Assembly (NCBI RefSeq): GCF_006345805.1
Contig: NC_043013.1
Span: forward strand, 43,462,001 to 43,526,000
DNA from: Octopus sinensis
Lineage: Eukaryota
Length of the DNA: 64,000 bases
Direction: 5' to 3'
The notes beneath the pieces are model-generated. The model did no database searches and was not told where the DNA came from. It was given only the letters and a program-made list of their open reading frames with translations. Positions 12,176 to 25,029 of this stretch are shown here, piece after piece. Each line of letters opens with the position of its first letter. Positions within the stretch are counted from its first letter, which is position 1. Made by a program: the position numbers and the translations under genes.

Positions 12176-13769
12176 CGAGAGAGAGAAAGAGGGTAGTGAA
12201 AATAAAGAAATTCCTGGGCGCTGGAAGGCTGAGAACACAGCTTAGAAAATCAGGTAAATGCCCTTAGAAGTGACCAGCAAGGCTCCAATTGGTATTTGCT
12301 GCCTTGTAAAGGTGTTGATCCAATTTTCTAAGCTGTCTTCACAATCTTCCTGCATTCACAAATTCTTTTATATTCTATAGAATATCAACACATTGGGGCT
12401 TATAAGTTTGTTTACAATGTATGTGTGTATGTATGCATGCGTATGGTAAAGCTTTAACATGTAGAAAAACACTTGATCAGTGAAGTGATTAAAGATAATC
12501 TTTAAAAAAAATCCCCACAAATCTTGTAATTACAGCTACCCAGGGCGAAATAATAATTTATCAATAATAAGACCTATTGAGTCAAGTACGTCAACATCAG
12601 CATCAAAATAAAAATCAAATGGAAGTTGTAGTTATGATACCCGTGCCGGTGGAACGCAAATAGCACCATGCGAACGTGGCTGATGCCAGCGCTGCCTGAC
12701 TGACGTCCATGTCGGTGATACATAAAAAGCACCAACCGATCGGGGCTGTTTGCCAGCCTACCCTAGCCCCTGTGCCAGTGGCACATAAAAAGCACCCACT
12801 ACACTCACGGAGTGGTTGGCGTTAGGAAGGGCATCCAGCTGTAGAAACACTGCCAGATCAGACTAGAGCCTGGCGCAGCCTCCTGGCTTCCCAGACCCCG
12901 GTCGAACCGTCCAACCCATGCTAGCATGGAAAACGAACGTTAAACGATGATGATGATGATGATGATGATGATGAATTCATTCCATTACTTATTAATATGA
13001 AAACAAGACCGTTTGTCAGTTTGAGTAAAAAACAATTAAACGAGAGACAATTGTAAAGAAGACAAGAAAGAAAGCCCCAAGAAAGATAACCAACGTTACA
13101 CTAATTCAATGTCAAACAGACGTAAACCAGTTGTCAATAGTTTATTATGTGTCCGGTGGACTACCTTTAAATTCCGACAATATGTGTTTCCTGAAATATG
13201 GGCATACCAGAAAAATCTCGTTCCTTGAATTTATGTATTCAGTTGGAAGTTCTCATGTTTTTCAATAGATACAATTTTTCAATAGAACACACAGAAGGTT
13301 TTTTAGACCCCGTTAATATAGGATTTGGATTTAGAGAGGATTTGTCACTCGATATCGAAATTGATCCTTTCGTCTTTAAGTTTCCAGATTAAAACCGAAA
13401 GGGTTATTGAATCCCTCTTATCACGGTATATAAAATTCGAAAGATAAATGTAGGTAGAAGATTCTTGCACTTAGTAGATATCCACTTTCCTAGCACCCAT
13501 AATAAATAATAAATGTGCCCTTTTAAAGCCTAGCCGGGCTCATGGGCCTGGTTTCAATGGCGTATGTGTTCTCCAGTTGGACGGGACACCATTCCATCGC
13601 AGCGTTACTCATTTTTGCCAGCTGAGTGGACTGGAGCAACATGAAAGGAAGTGTTTTACTCAAGAACACAATGCGTCGCCCGGTCCAGGAATCGAAACCA
13701 CAATCTTACGATCAAGATGCTTGACACTCTAACCACTAGAACCCATAGACACAGTAAAATCTTTAACAG

Positions 13770-14196
13770 ACACACAATAAAAGTTTCTTTTTTATGTCCT
13801 GTTAATGTCAAGTCGTATATCAATAAGTAACAGATGACTCAAACCTGCCCTGGCTGAACATGTAAAGACAAATCTCAATTACCTCTTGGATAGGACTGTG
13901 ATATATCTTCCGTTGTTTACGAAGTTTGGCTTGTTATATGTCTCCACTGTCCTGCTTTTGTTACCAACTTTGACCCTCCACAAATCCCAAATTTTATTTT
14001 GGTTCACGGGAGCAACTGCCTTTCGAAGCCTCATATTGTTGTTAATTGCTCGAAATGAGGAGTTGATGGACAGCCAACAACTGATGAAGGGTTGTTCTTT
14101 ATGTTACTTGTCTTGTTTACCATTTGTTCCTCTCGTTGTTCACATAGCCAAGTTCGTCTGCGTATTTCATGTTGTTTACGTTTTTTGACGTCCTAT
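13770..14196. mobile_element. Probable Penelope-like terminal segment carrying CTGATGA and CGAAA motifs
   Basis: CpG-containing non-coding block ending at a (TA/CA)n tract; hammerhead-like words at 14052-14087; family assignment is inference. Confidence 0.35.
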
Positions 14197-14199
14197 ACC

Positions 14200-14230
<31 letters not shown>

Positions 14231-14339
14231 ATATATGTACGTATATGTATGCATATATGCATGTGTGTGTGTATATATATATATATTTCAAGAGTAGTGT
14301 TCACAAATTTCAGGAAGCATGGAGTTTTTGAAGGATGGA

Positions 14340-14945
14340 TTGTCCTGACCGAGAACACCGGAGGTCTCAACTATCACAGGCTCGATCATAAACCTGTCGG
14401 AGAGTGACCTATACTTTGACAGTTTGTTTTTCTTAGCTTGACGAACAACAGAGCCTGGGCTGGTAGCTGACAACACAGGGGAAGGTGTCACAGCTTGTGG
14501 CATCCCAGATGAGGGACCTACCAACACGAAACGGGAAAATTGTCATACCATCCAGCCTTTTACCATCCCCTCAGTCTTGCCCTGCAGATTCGAGCTGGAA
14601 AGGGAAGCCTGTGGCATTTAGGCCCTGATTTATGATCTTGTTAAGGGTGGCATAGAAAGTGGTCAGCACTATGACGGCAGGACAGTGGAGTGAGGCTGAA
14701 AGAATCCACTGTGGATCCGAAGTAGCATCCATGAGGCTCTCAGATCTGGAGACCAAACCTCAAGGAAATGCCAATGCACTGGTAGTCATTATCAAGCTGA
14801 GTGCCAGTTGCAAGTGATGGCACCGCATTGAGCCAAGCTCTGCTGTGAGGCTTGAAAGCTGAATGGAAATAAGTTGGATGGTTCTGGTCAGGTCTTGAAT
14901 AAACCATTGCACCTTATATATACACGGGTATGGCGATGGAAACAA
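14340..14945 (-). mobile_element. CRE-clade-like non-LTR retrotransposon C-terminal (RLE) fragment
   Basis: Frames give [73 protein letters not shown]. Confidence 0.75.
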
Positions 14946-14988
14946 GGAAAATAGAACTCAAAATATAGGTATATGTGTATTTTTATTA

Positions 14989-15099
14989 ATATTTAGCAGA
15001 AGTAACAGAGTGACTCAAGTGCCGAAAGTTTTGTGGCTGATAAGTGCCAACACATGAAACTCTTGGTCCCTGAGTCATTCTGTTCCCTCTGCTAAATAT
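14989..15099. repeat. Small fold-back (29-bp arms, 3 mismatches)
   Basis: ATATTTAGCAGAAGTAACAGAGTGACTCA versus TGAGTCATTCTGTTCCCTCTGCTAAATAT. Confidence 0.75.
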
Positions 15100-15414
15100 C
15101 AATATATATAAGTAATGATTTACCATTCAGGTACACACCTTGTAGTGTGTTGTTCAAAGCCTCAAAGCCCCTTCACAGTTCCTTGTATAAATGTGCAGCA
15201 CACGACAACTTCTAAAATGGATTGATATGTAAATAAGTGAAACAGCAAATAAAGAATTATATACCTTGTGACAAGTTATATGAGATGACACATATGTACC
15301 TATGATGCACCACAACTGTTTGCACGGGATCTCACCTGTAAGGTACCAGTGCACGGAGTGAGTAGACAAACGTAAGAAAGGCACCCACCATGGCAAGGGA
15401 CGACTATCAGAAGC

Positions 15415-15478
<64 letters not shown>

Positions 15479-15605
15479 TATATATATAAAGGGAAATAAA
15501 ACAAAAGACGAAGGCAGGTGGAGTACAAACAAACAAATGTATTAGTATAGCGCTCAGGAATAGAAATAGAAAAGTCTTATGATTGTATAAAGAAGTGTCA
15601 TGGGT

Positions 15606-15684
15606 GGTCATAGAGTCGATACATCAGAGTCACCTATGCGGCTAAGCACTTTATAGGTACGAAACCAATGGTCACTTTATGACC
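15606..15684 (+). ncRNA. Hammerhead-like remnant with intact stems and scrambled CUGANGA core
   Basis: GGTCATAGAGT/ACTTTATGACC (11 bp), GT-c-ACCTAT/ATAGGT-AC, GAAAC-CAATG-GTC; core replaced by CGATACATCAGA. Confidence 0.45.
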
Positions 15685-16205
15685 AGCCCCGTAACATTTA
15701 ACTTCTTACAAAATATATTTCTGCTATAATGCTTTAGAATGTGCTTCATTTTCAGATATATGAACGACTGATTATATAAATAGGGAGGGAGAGAATGTGT
15801 ATGTGTGTAACATATGATGTACATACTGTACACTTTTTGCTCCCCAAACATGCAAATCTATCAAAATTGCAAGCGTTTAGTGAATTATCTTACCCAGTTT
15901 TATTGAATGATTGTATTTCATGTTTTAGTTCTGTTTGCTGAAATTTGTGATGCCATATCCAGGCCCTGTTTTGGAACCAATGAGGGAGCCTCATGTCTCC
16001 TCCAAATCTCAAATCTCTCTCTAATGAACTTTAAATAAAATCTGTATCAGAAAAAATATATTAACTGGTAAAAGAAATAAAAGAAACAAAATTGAACAGC
16101 TTCGTCATGGATGGAGCTCCTTTGTTTCCATGTCTGTTCCAAACAATTATAACATCCCATTGTACTATAACTGTCCTAATACTGAATTCTTTGCTTTATC
16201 TGCAG

Positions 16206-16355
16206 GCAATAATTGCTTTGATCATGATAATACCAGGAGAAATATCTTCACTAATTGATTTCTTCAGTTTTACTGCCTGGCTTTTCTATGGACTGGCTTT
16301 CTTATCGCTTATAGTAATGAGGTTTACAAAGAAAGATGAGCCCAGACCTTTCAAG
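16206..16355 (+). CDS. SLC7A9: SLC7A9-like coding exon, 150 nt, phase 0 to 0
   Basis: tgcAG|GCA ATA...TTC AAG|GTAAGT; [50 protein letters not shown]. Confidence 0.93.
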
Positions 16356-16367
16356 GTAAGTAGACAA

Positions 16368-16416
<49 letters not shown>

Positions 16417-16879
16417 CACATGCAGACGTGGATATATTTCTTGTTACCAATCCTCACCTGTTTTTGAAGCAAGATAATATTTCCCTATGGGCAGATATAT
16501 TTCCACGGAACATTAGGAATAAATAACACTGCTTGGATGACAGGGATGCTCATTTACAAATATCATGTTATTGAGACGAGGAGACACACACACACATGCA
16601 TATGAAATCGATGAGAGTATTTACATACATTGGTGCAGTGAGTAAAGTCAGAATAACAAAAGAGTACTTCTGTAGACTATGGGAAATATGAAACTCAGAG
16701 CTGTCTGCATTTAACAAAACCATATCTCATAATGCTTTTGTAGTACCAGTGCTAGTGCCAATATTTGGAACATGAAAGCCAGAAAAGTACTGACTACCAG
16801 TACTTTGAATGTTGTACCATTCAAAACGTTTTATTCTTTACAAACAATACACAATGCTTCAAGCGATCTACAATACTCT

Positions 16880-17262
16880 CCTATACATACATACATACGT
16901 ACATACACACATACATACATACATACATACATACATACATACATACACACATACATACATACACACATACATACATACACACATACATACATACATACAT
17001 ACATACATACATACATGCATACATACATACATACATGCATGCATACATACATACATACATACATACATACATACATACATACATACATACATACATACAC
17101 ATACATACATACACACATACATACATACACACATACATACATACATACATACATACATACATACATGCATACATACATACATACATACATGCATACATAC
17201 ATACATAATACATACATACATACATACATACATACATACATACTACATACATACATATATGT
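16880..17262. repeat. (TACA)n microsatellite
   Basis: Direct reading; source of the HTYI/MYVC ORFs. Confidence 0.97.
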
Positions 17263-17754
17263 ATATATTTATATATATATAAATATATTAGGTTTGGAGA
17301 TGATGTACAGGTATTTTATATTAGAAGAAATGAGGTACTCAGAAATTCGAATGGTTTTATATTTACAGATATTTATTTGTATATTACATGTTTTTATACA
17401 TCATATAACTTATATCATATATCATATATTAGCGCTTTCTGCCATTCTAGTGGGGTTTTCAAATCGAACTATATATATATATTTATAAATATATATACAC
17501 ACACTCACACACATACCCACGAATGAGTAGATAAACGAAAGAAAGGCACTCAACACATTTACTGGAAGTTATGAGGCTGGTTGCAGCAAGCTGCTGGTGT
17601 CGATCAACCTTTGTCACACCTGTCCGCCAGGCGTTGCCCTCTTATGTGAGATGAAGTGATGGTGGCAGAGGCAGAAGGTCAGAGAAAACAGCCTTTGAAT
17701 GTCGCATTGCATCATTTAGACAATACCTGCTGATCAGTAAAGAAGGAACTGAGC

Positions 17755-18405
17755 ACATACATACAAATATATACATACATACAAATATATACTTACATAC
17801 AAATATATACATCAGTAGTTTTCAACCAGGGTTCCGCGGAACCTTAGGGTTCTGCCAGTACAGTCCAGGGGTTCCGCAAGAAGTTACAAAACTGCTAAAA
17901 TCGGCAGTAATTTTTAATTCTCCTGTGCAGATATGTGTGCATAAGACTATTAAATTATTGCACAGGGGTTCCTCGAGCCAGTGAAATGTTTTCTTGGGGT
18001 TCCGCTCCAGCAAAATGTTTGAAAAGCACTGATATACATACATACAAATATATACATACATACAAATATATACATACATACAGATATAAACATACATACA
18101 GATATAAACATACATACAAATATAACATACATACAAATATATACATACAAATATATACATACATATAAATATATACATACAAATATAAACATACAGATAT
18201 AAACATACATACAAATATATACATACATACAAATATATACATACATACAAATATAAACATACATACAAATATATACATACATACAAATATATACATACAT
18301 ACAAATATATACATACATACAAATATATACATACATACAAATATATACATACATACAGATATAAACATACATACAATATATACATTCATACAAATATATA
18401 CATAC
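17755..18405. repeat. 18-bp minisatellite (ACATACATACAAATATAT)n, interrupted by a MITE
   Basis: Direct reading; 6-aa periodic ORFs (YLYVCI)n. Confidence 0.9.
17813..18031. mobile_element. hAT-like MITE, 219 bp, 8-bp TSD ATATACAT
   Basis: ATATACAT|CAGTAGTTTTCAAC...TTTGAAAAGCACTG|ATATACAT. Confidence 0.85.
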
Positions 18406-19532
18406 ATGAAGAGCTTCTTTCAGATTCTGATTGAACTTGGTAAAACTCACAAGGATTTGGTCATCCTGGATTGGCAGTAGAAGATATGTTCCTTGAATGC
18501 CATGCAATGGGATTGAACCTGAAACCACGTTTGTTGAGAAGTTTCTTAACCAGACAGCCATGTCTGTGCCTCATAGTTACAAATCGAACTTCTTAATCGT
18601 TAAATCATGTTGTGTCCCTGTGTAGGAACGTGGTTTAGTGGTTAAGGTATTTGGCTCACAATCGTAAGGTTGTAAGTTCGATTCCTGGCAGCGCTATGTG
18701 TCCTTAAGCAAGACCCTTTATTTCACATTGCTCCAGTCCACTCAGCTGGCAAGAAATAAGTAATACCTGTATTTCAAAGGGGCCAGCCTTGTCACATTAC
18801 TTTGTTATGCTGAATCGCTCTGAGAACTATGTTAAGGGTACACATGTCTGTGGTGTACTCATCCACTTGCACGTGCAATTTCACGTGCAGCCTCTTCCAT
18901 TGATTGGATCAACTGGAACACTCACCATCATAACCGATGGAGCAACGGTAAGCAAGCTGTGTCTCTGCGTGTCGTTGCTTTTCTGTTTATAGATTGCATT
19001 TTCAGAACACATGTTAGACATCTTTTTATTTAAGTTTTTCTGTAGTGGATTTTGTTATTAGACGTGGCCATGCTGGGGCATTGCCTTGAAGAATTTTTAG
19101 TTCAATGAATTGATCTTAGAACTTGTTTTGCTTTCGAAACCTGATACTTATTCTATGAATCTCTTTTTCTAAACTGATAACTTATGGGAATGGAAACTCG
19201 AACACCAGTTGTCAAGCAGGGGGGGGGGGCAAACAGAGGCACGAAGATATACACTTGACAACCAGTGTTGGTGTGCTTACATCCATGTAACATTGGTAAA
19301 ATTTACTGATAGAATAAGGCCCAGGCTTAAGAAAATAAGCACAGAGGTTGCGTCATTGAACTAAAGTTCTCTCAGGCAGTGCCCCATCATGGCCACAGTC
19401 TAATGATTAAAACAAATACACGATAAAAGATAAAGCATTACAATTCTCATCAAATTTTTCAGCTGCTAATCCCTTTTGTTTTCAATGAAACCAAGATTAA
19501 TTTTTAAAATTTCTCCTTTATCTTCTTTTAAG

Positions 19533-19701
19533 GTTTTCATCCTTGTACCAGTTGTAATGCTCATCATCTCCGTATATCTGGTGGTAGCACCAATTGTACA
19601 AAATCCCGATTTGGGTTTTCTCTACGCCTTCCTTTTAATCATCGGAGGACTTATCTTCTATTTCATTTTTCTCCACTTCAAAGTCCAGTTGCCATGCATG
19701 G
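19533..19701 (+). CDS. SLC7A9: SLC7A9-like coding exon, 169 nt, phase 0 to 1
   Basis: ttttaAG|GTT TTC...ATG G|GTAAGT; VFILVPVVMLIISVYLVVAPIVQNPDLGFLYAFLLIIGGLIFYFIFLHFKVQLPCM. Confidence 0.92.
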
Positions 19702-20506
19702 GTAAGTGTGCCTTTTTTTTTACCTATCTTTTCTCATTCTTTTTCTTGTTTCTGTCATTTGGCTGTGGCCATCTTGGGCCACCACCTTTGACTGAGGCCT
19801 GGCAAACCAGATGGCTGCACCAGACTCCAATCTGATCTGGCAGAGTTTCTACAGCTGAATGTCCTCCCTAGCGCCAACCACTCTGAGAGTGTAGTGGGTG
19901 CTTTTACGTGCCACCGGCATGAGGGCCAGTCAGGCGGTACTGGCAACGGCCACGCTCAAATGGTGCTTCTTATGTGCCACCTGCACAGGAGCCAGTCCAG
20001 TGGCACTGGCAACGACCTTGCTTAAGTATAATACATAGATGGCTATTTTTACTAAATACTGCCTCAATTATATATACCGGTTTTTTAATCACCGTGAGAT
20101 CTTAGAATGCTGAACCTTACAAAGGAGGTGACAGAGGACTGGGATATGTGGTGCATTTCTATACTCGAGAAGATACACCCACCACAGCAGAAATGAGATA
20201 CTAAAACCAATGTGCCATGTTAAAAGCGTTGGTATGGATGCTGGTGCCACGTAAAAAGCACCCTGTACACTCTGTGGAGTGTTAGAGAAGGCATCCAGCT
20301 GCAGAGACCAAGCCAAAACTGACTATGAAATTTCTTTTTATGTGGCACTAGAATGGGTGATTTTTACATGGTGCTGGCATGAGTGTTTTTCTTATTTGAT
20401 TCCTGTCAAACTGTCCAACCCATGCCCGCATGAGAAATGGACATTGAAGGATGATGATGATGATACTAACCTTTATGTATATATATATATATATATCTAC
20501 CTCGTG

Positions 20507-20840
20507 AAGGTGCATGGCTCAGTGGTTAGAGTGTCAAGCTTACGATCGCGAGGTTGTGAGCTCGAATCCCGGACCGGGCTGCGTGTTGTGTTCTCGAGCA
20601 AGGCACTTTATTTCACGTTGCTCCAGTTCACTCAGCTGTAGAAATGAGTTGCGACGTCACAGGTGCCAAGCTGTATCGGCCTTTGTCTTTCCCTTGGATA
20701 ACACTGGTGGCGTGGAGAGGGGAGGCTGGTATGCATGGGCGACTGCTGGCCTTCCATAAACAACCTTGCCCGGACTTGTGTCTAGGAGGGTAACTTTCTA
20801 GGTGCAATCCCATGGTCATTCATGACTGAAGGGGGTCTTT
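20507..20840 (+). mobile_element. tRNA-derived SINE (GGCTCAGTGGTTAG A-box, GAGCTCGAATCCC B-box-like)
   Basis: Pol III box-like motifs; related heads at ~18625, ~59143 and on the minus strand at ~13490-13740 and ~1290-1548. Confidence 0.8.
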
Positions 20841-21219
20841 ACCCTTTATATATCTATCTATCCCTTTATTTATCCATATATCTATCCATCTTTCTTCCTC
20901 CCTCCCTCTTTCTCTCTCTCTCTCACTCTATCTGTTTATCCATCAATCTCTCTATTGACCCATCCAACCATCCGTCATTCAATCCATATCAGCATTTATA
21001 TTCATTATTTATTCTCATAGATGAAACTCCGAGAAGGCAGCAACCTGGCAGAACCGTTACCATTCTAAGCACAATGCTCAGCATTATCTCTTCTGGCTTT
21101 ACAGAGTCCAAATGCAACCATGGTTGACTTTGCCTTTCATCCCTTCAGGTTGCTAAATTAAGCACCAATCAAACGCTGGGGTTGATGATATCAATTAAAA
21201 TTGCTGGCCTTGTTTGAAA

Positions 21220-21614
21220 TGAGTGGCTGTGTGGTAAGTAGCTTGCTTACCAACCACATGGTCCTGGGTTCAGTCCCACTGCATGGCACCTTGGGCAAGT
21301 GTCTTCTACTATAGCCTCGGGCCGACCAAAGCCTTGTGAGTGGATTTGGTAGGCGGAAACTGGAAGAAGCCCGTCGTATATGTATATATATAAATATGTA
21401 TATGTGTGTATATGTTTGTCCCCCCCCTCCAGCGTCGCTTGACAACAGATGCTAGTTTGTTTACGTCCCCGTAACTTAGGGGTTCGGAAAAACAGACTGA
21501 TAGAATACTAGGCTTACAAAGAATAAGCTCTGAGGTCGATTTGCTCGACTATAATGGCAGTGCTCCAGCATGGTTGCAGTCAACTGACCGAAGCAAGTAA
21601 AAGTGTAAAGAGAG
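21220..21614 (+). mobile_element. SINE family with GGAGTGGCTGTGTGGTAAG head, internal (TA/TG)n and GTAAAAGAG tail
   Basis: Repeated many times in the window (27976, 46807, 59570, 63529; minus strand 60730, 50890, 52900). Confidence 0.85.
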
Positions 21615-21712
21615 TATTACTTAATCTGCATGTGTGTGTGTGTATGTGTGTGTAATATATATACAAGTGTACATCTATACTCATCCTATGTACTTATTTT
21701 TCTATATTTCAG

Positions 21713-21801
21713 AAGCCTTTACTGAATTTATTCAAAAGTTTGCGTGTGTTGCTCCATCAAAATATAAGCCACCTGACCATTCCAAAGACAACAAGCTTTA
21801 A
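21713..21801 (+). CDS. SLC7A9: SLC7A9-like terminal coding exon with stop
   Basis: atttcAG|AA GCC TTT...CTT TAA; (E)AFTEFIQKFACVAPSKYKPPDHSKDNKL*; phase 1 join, T..IQ...VAP pattern typical of the family C-terminus. Confidence 0.82.
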
Positions 21802-21968
21802 GCATCAAAATTGGTAAAAACAAATATTCTGCCATTTGGAATGAAATTTTAGTTCCATGAAAGTTTCAGGAAGAAAAAAAGGGAAAAAAGAAAAAGCAAA
21901 TACTCAACAATATGAAAATGAAACGAATTTCTCTGGATAACTCTGTGTGTGTGTGTGTGTGTGTGTGT

Positions 21969-22010
<42 letters not shown>

Positions 22011-22962
22011 GTGAGTGTTTGTGTGCGTGTGTTTAATCTTTTTACTGGAATTTTCTTGGAGATATTATATACTGAACCAAATCTCAACGTTGGACTCTTT
22101 AGCCTGAGTGTAAAATGTTGAGCAGCTATGGTTTATTTTCAACTGAAAAGTGGAGGGAAAAAAATGAGGCAAAAAAGCCTAAACATAACGATATACTTGT
22201 TCTGCAGTAAAATTGAATGAACAATATTTTTCAGTGAAAGAATCTTCTGAACAACTTGAAACATGGCATAATTTCATTAACTAATATTAACACTTCACCC
22301 TATCATCTATACTCATACATTTTTCCTTGCTCGAATATCAACTCATTGGGATTTCATTCTCAGCACATGAACTTACAACTGTACAAATGATAAGAGCATT
22401 CATATTGAGTTCACTGGTCATTGAGGGCTTGCAAAGCTTATAAAGGCAAACACTTTCTTCTGACAAAAACAGTGAAAAGAAAACAAACTTATTTTGCTCA
22501 TAAAAAAAAAGGAAAGACACCAGATCAAATCTTCACCAATTCTTTTGTTACCATATTTCTACTGACATATATTGTCTTTTGTTTGGTTATTTTTGAAAAT
22601 ATTGAAAACTTTTAACTAAAATAACTTTTTGCATTTTGTTGTTTCTTGGAAGGGTTGTTATGCCAATCATAATTTATTTCTCTACTACCCACAAGGGGCT
22701 AAACACAGAGGGGACAAACAAGGACAGATATCGACCCCAGTGCATAACTGGTACTTAATTTATCGACCCCAAAGGAATGAAAGGCAAAGTCGACCTCGGC
22801 GGAATTTGAACTCAGAACGTAACGGCAGACAAAATACGGCTACGCATTTCGCCCAGCATGCTAACATTTCTGCCAAACACATACACTGGGTCAATTCTGC
22901 TTCTTTCTTGTTAGTCATTTGGTTAAATATGTAACCATCTAACTAATCAAGCTTTTGTTTAA

Positions 22963-23151
22963 CCCTTTAGCATTCAGATTATTTCTCTGAATTAATCATG
23001 TTTTATTTCATAGATTTGGAATTACAGTGATACGATTGTTTGTTTTTAGAATGACATTGTAGGGCAGGTGTGATAGGTTGGATCTATCCAGTTTGAACAT
23101 AAAACAGAAACAATATTTTGGCCGGATGCAGCCGGTTTAGATACAAAAGAG
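22963..23151. mobile_element. piggyBac-like MITE (TTAA|CCCTTTAGCATT...), diverged
   Basis: TTAA on both flanks; same family as 32955-33173. Confidence 0.65.
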
Positions 23152-25029
23152 TTAATGAGCTCGTTAAACAATTGATTGGCTGTTTGTTAGTTAAAGTTCT
23201 TTCGTTGGTGGTCGCCACCTTTTCAGTGACTTGGTGATTTCCTCTCTCACTCTGAGGTCTGTAAGGTCTGCCCTTGTTATTATTATTGCTATTATTATTG
23301 GTGTAACCACTCTCCAAACACACAACAACATTTGTTTCAACACACAAATTCACATAAAGAATCTTGCAAAACAAATACAACTTTGTCATTATTGTTTTGG
23401 TTGGAGCAAAAGCTAACATGGAATTTTGATGGAAGATTTTAATTTAGTTCACTTTAATACAGAAAGATTGTGTCATAAAATCAGGGATGATCTCAGATAT
23501 GTCGTTATCCAAAGGATTAATTTAATTAAAACCTTCATTGTAAAGTTGATCAAAAAAACATAATGCTTGTTGAACGAAATTAAATATTGATTGATTTTTT
23601 AAAATCCAAATTTTGACCTACCCTCATTGAAGAACTTATCAAACATAGATTTGTTGATGGTTTTAAGTGATGAAAGCGACGCAGTAACTACTTAAAATAA
23701 AATGTCTTTCTGGATTATTTTTTTTCCTGCTACTTTCCAGTAAAAGAAAAACGAATCCTGCAAGGAATACACTAAACATCATTTACTAACATGTCTAATA
23801 TGACCGGATTAAAAGGAAAAATTATTTTATGAATACACATACATCAAATGTCTGATAAATGCTATGTCTAACTAATTAGTGTTTTTACCCGAAAAAGTGT
23901 TTTCACATTTTGGACAAACATCTTTTAAAAAACAATTTTTACCAAAAAAAGCAATAAAAAAAAACGATGAGAAAATTCTTCAAATATTGACTTTTAAAAT
24001 TATCAGTGCAATTTTTGTCTTTTGGAGTCTAAAAGGCATTTCATAAACAATATTCTGCAAGTGGGAAATGTGACATTTCCATACATGCCATCTCTGAAGA
24101 GCACAAGTATTAGATAACCATTCAGTTTGCTAATATTCAGTGCAAAACTAATTGATGAAATCGGCCGTAAGGGATCTATAATATTGAATACTTTGATTAA
24201 TTTTATAATTGTTGATATGTTGTAAGCTTCTCACAGAATGTTATGTTGTTGTTCCTTTATCAGGCAATAATTACATGATTACAATAACTAACACAAACCT
24301 AAACAACAACAACAACAAACATATTTTTTTGTAATAAATCATTATATTAAGGCGGTGAGCTAGCAGAAACGTTAGCATGCCGGGCGAAATGCTTAGCAGT
24401 ATTTCATCTGTCTTTACGTTCTGAGTTCAAATTCTGCCAAGGTCGACTTTGCTTTTCATCCTTTCGGGGACAATAAATTAAGTACCAGTTGCGTACTGAG
24501 GTTAATCTAATCAACTGGCCCCCTCCAACAAAATTTCCAGCTTTGTGCCTTGAGTAGAAAAGAATAAATCATTATATTTGTAAAAGAAATTTTATTTTAT
24601 ATAATATCTTTATTGAAGTTTAGTATCAAAATATTTCATTCATTTTTTATTTGTTTCAGTAATTTGAATGCGGCCATGCTGGGGCAGTGTCTTGAGTTTA
24701 CTGCTGGGGCAGTACCTTTTTAGTTTAACAGACTGGCCCCAGTACTTATGCATGTTTTTCTTTTTAAGCCTGGAACTTATTCTATAAGTCTCTTCTACCA
24801 AGCCCCTAAGGTATGAGGATGTAAACAAACAAACGTAGCTTATCAAGCACCCACACATACCAGAATGGCAAATGGATATTAAATGATGACGACAATGAAT
24901 TCCAGTTTGGTTCTAAGCTTGGAATTTACTTTATAAAGAGATGGATTGCTTCATTGGTGACATATTTAAAAATCCGTTCCTATCCTTAAAATTTATATAA
25001 ACATTAACAAGGAGTAACTTGTTTGACTT

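Noticed and set aside
13000-13440. Possible LINE endonuclease or Penelope coding remnant
   Set aside because: Only a vague QETH-like word with several stops; cannot be supported without a search
16765-18561. Long ORFs (up to 238 aa) of HTYI/MYVC/YLYVCI
   Set aside because: Translations of (TACA)n and an 18-bp minisatellite on both strands
20507-20580. tRNA-like sequences here and at ~32272, ~48423, ~53737
   Set aside because: A/B boxes present but no complete cloverleaf, and each continues into a repeated SINE body
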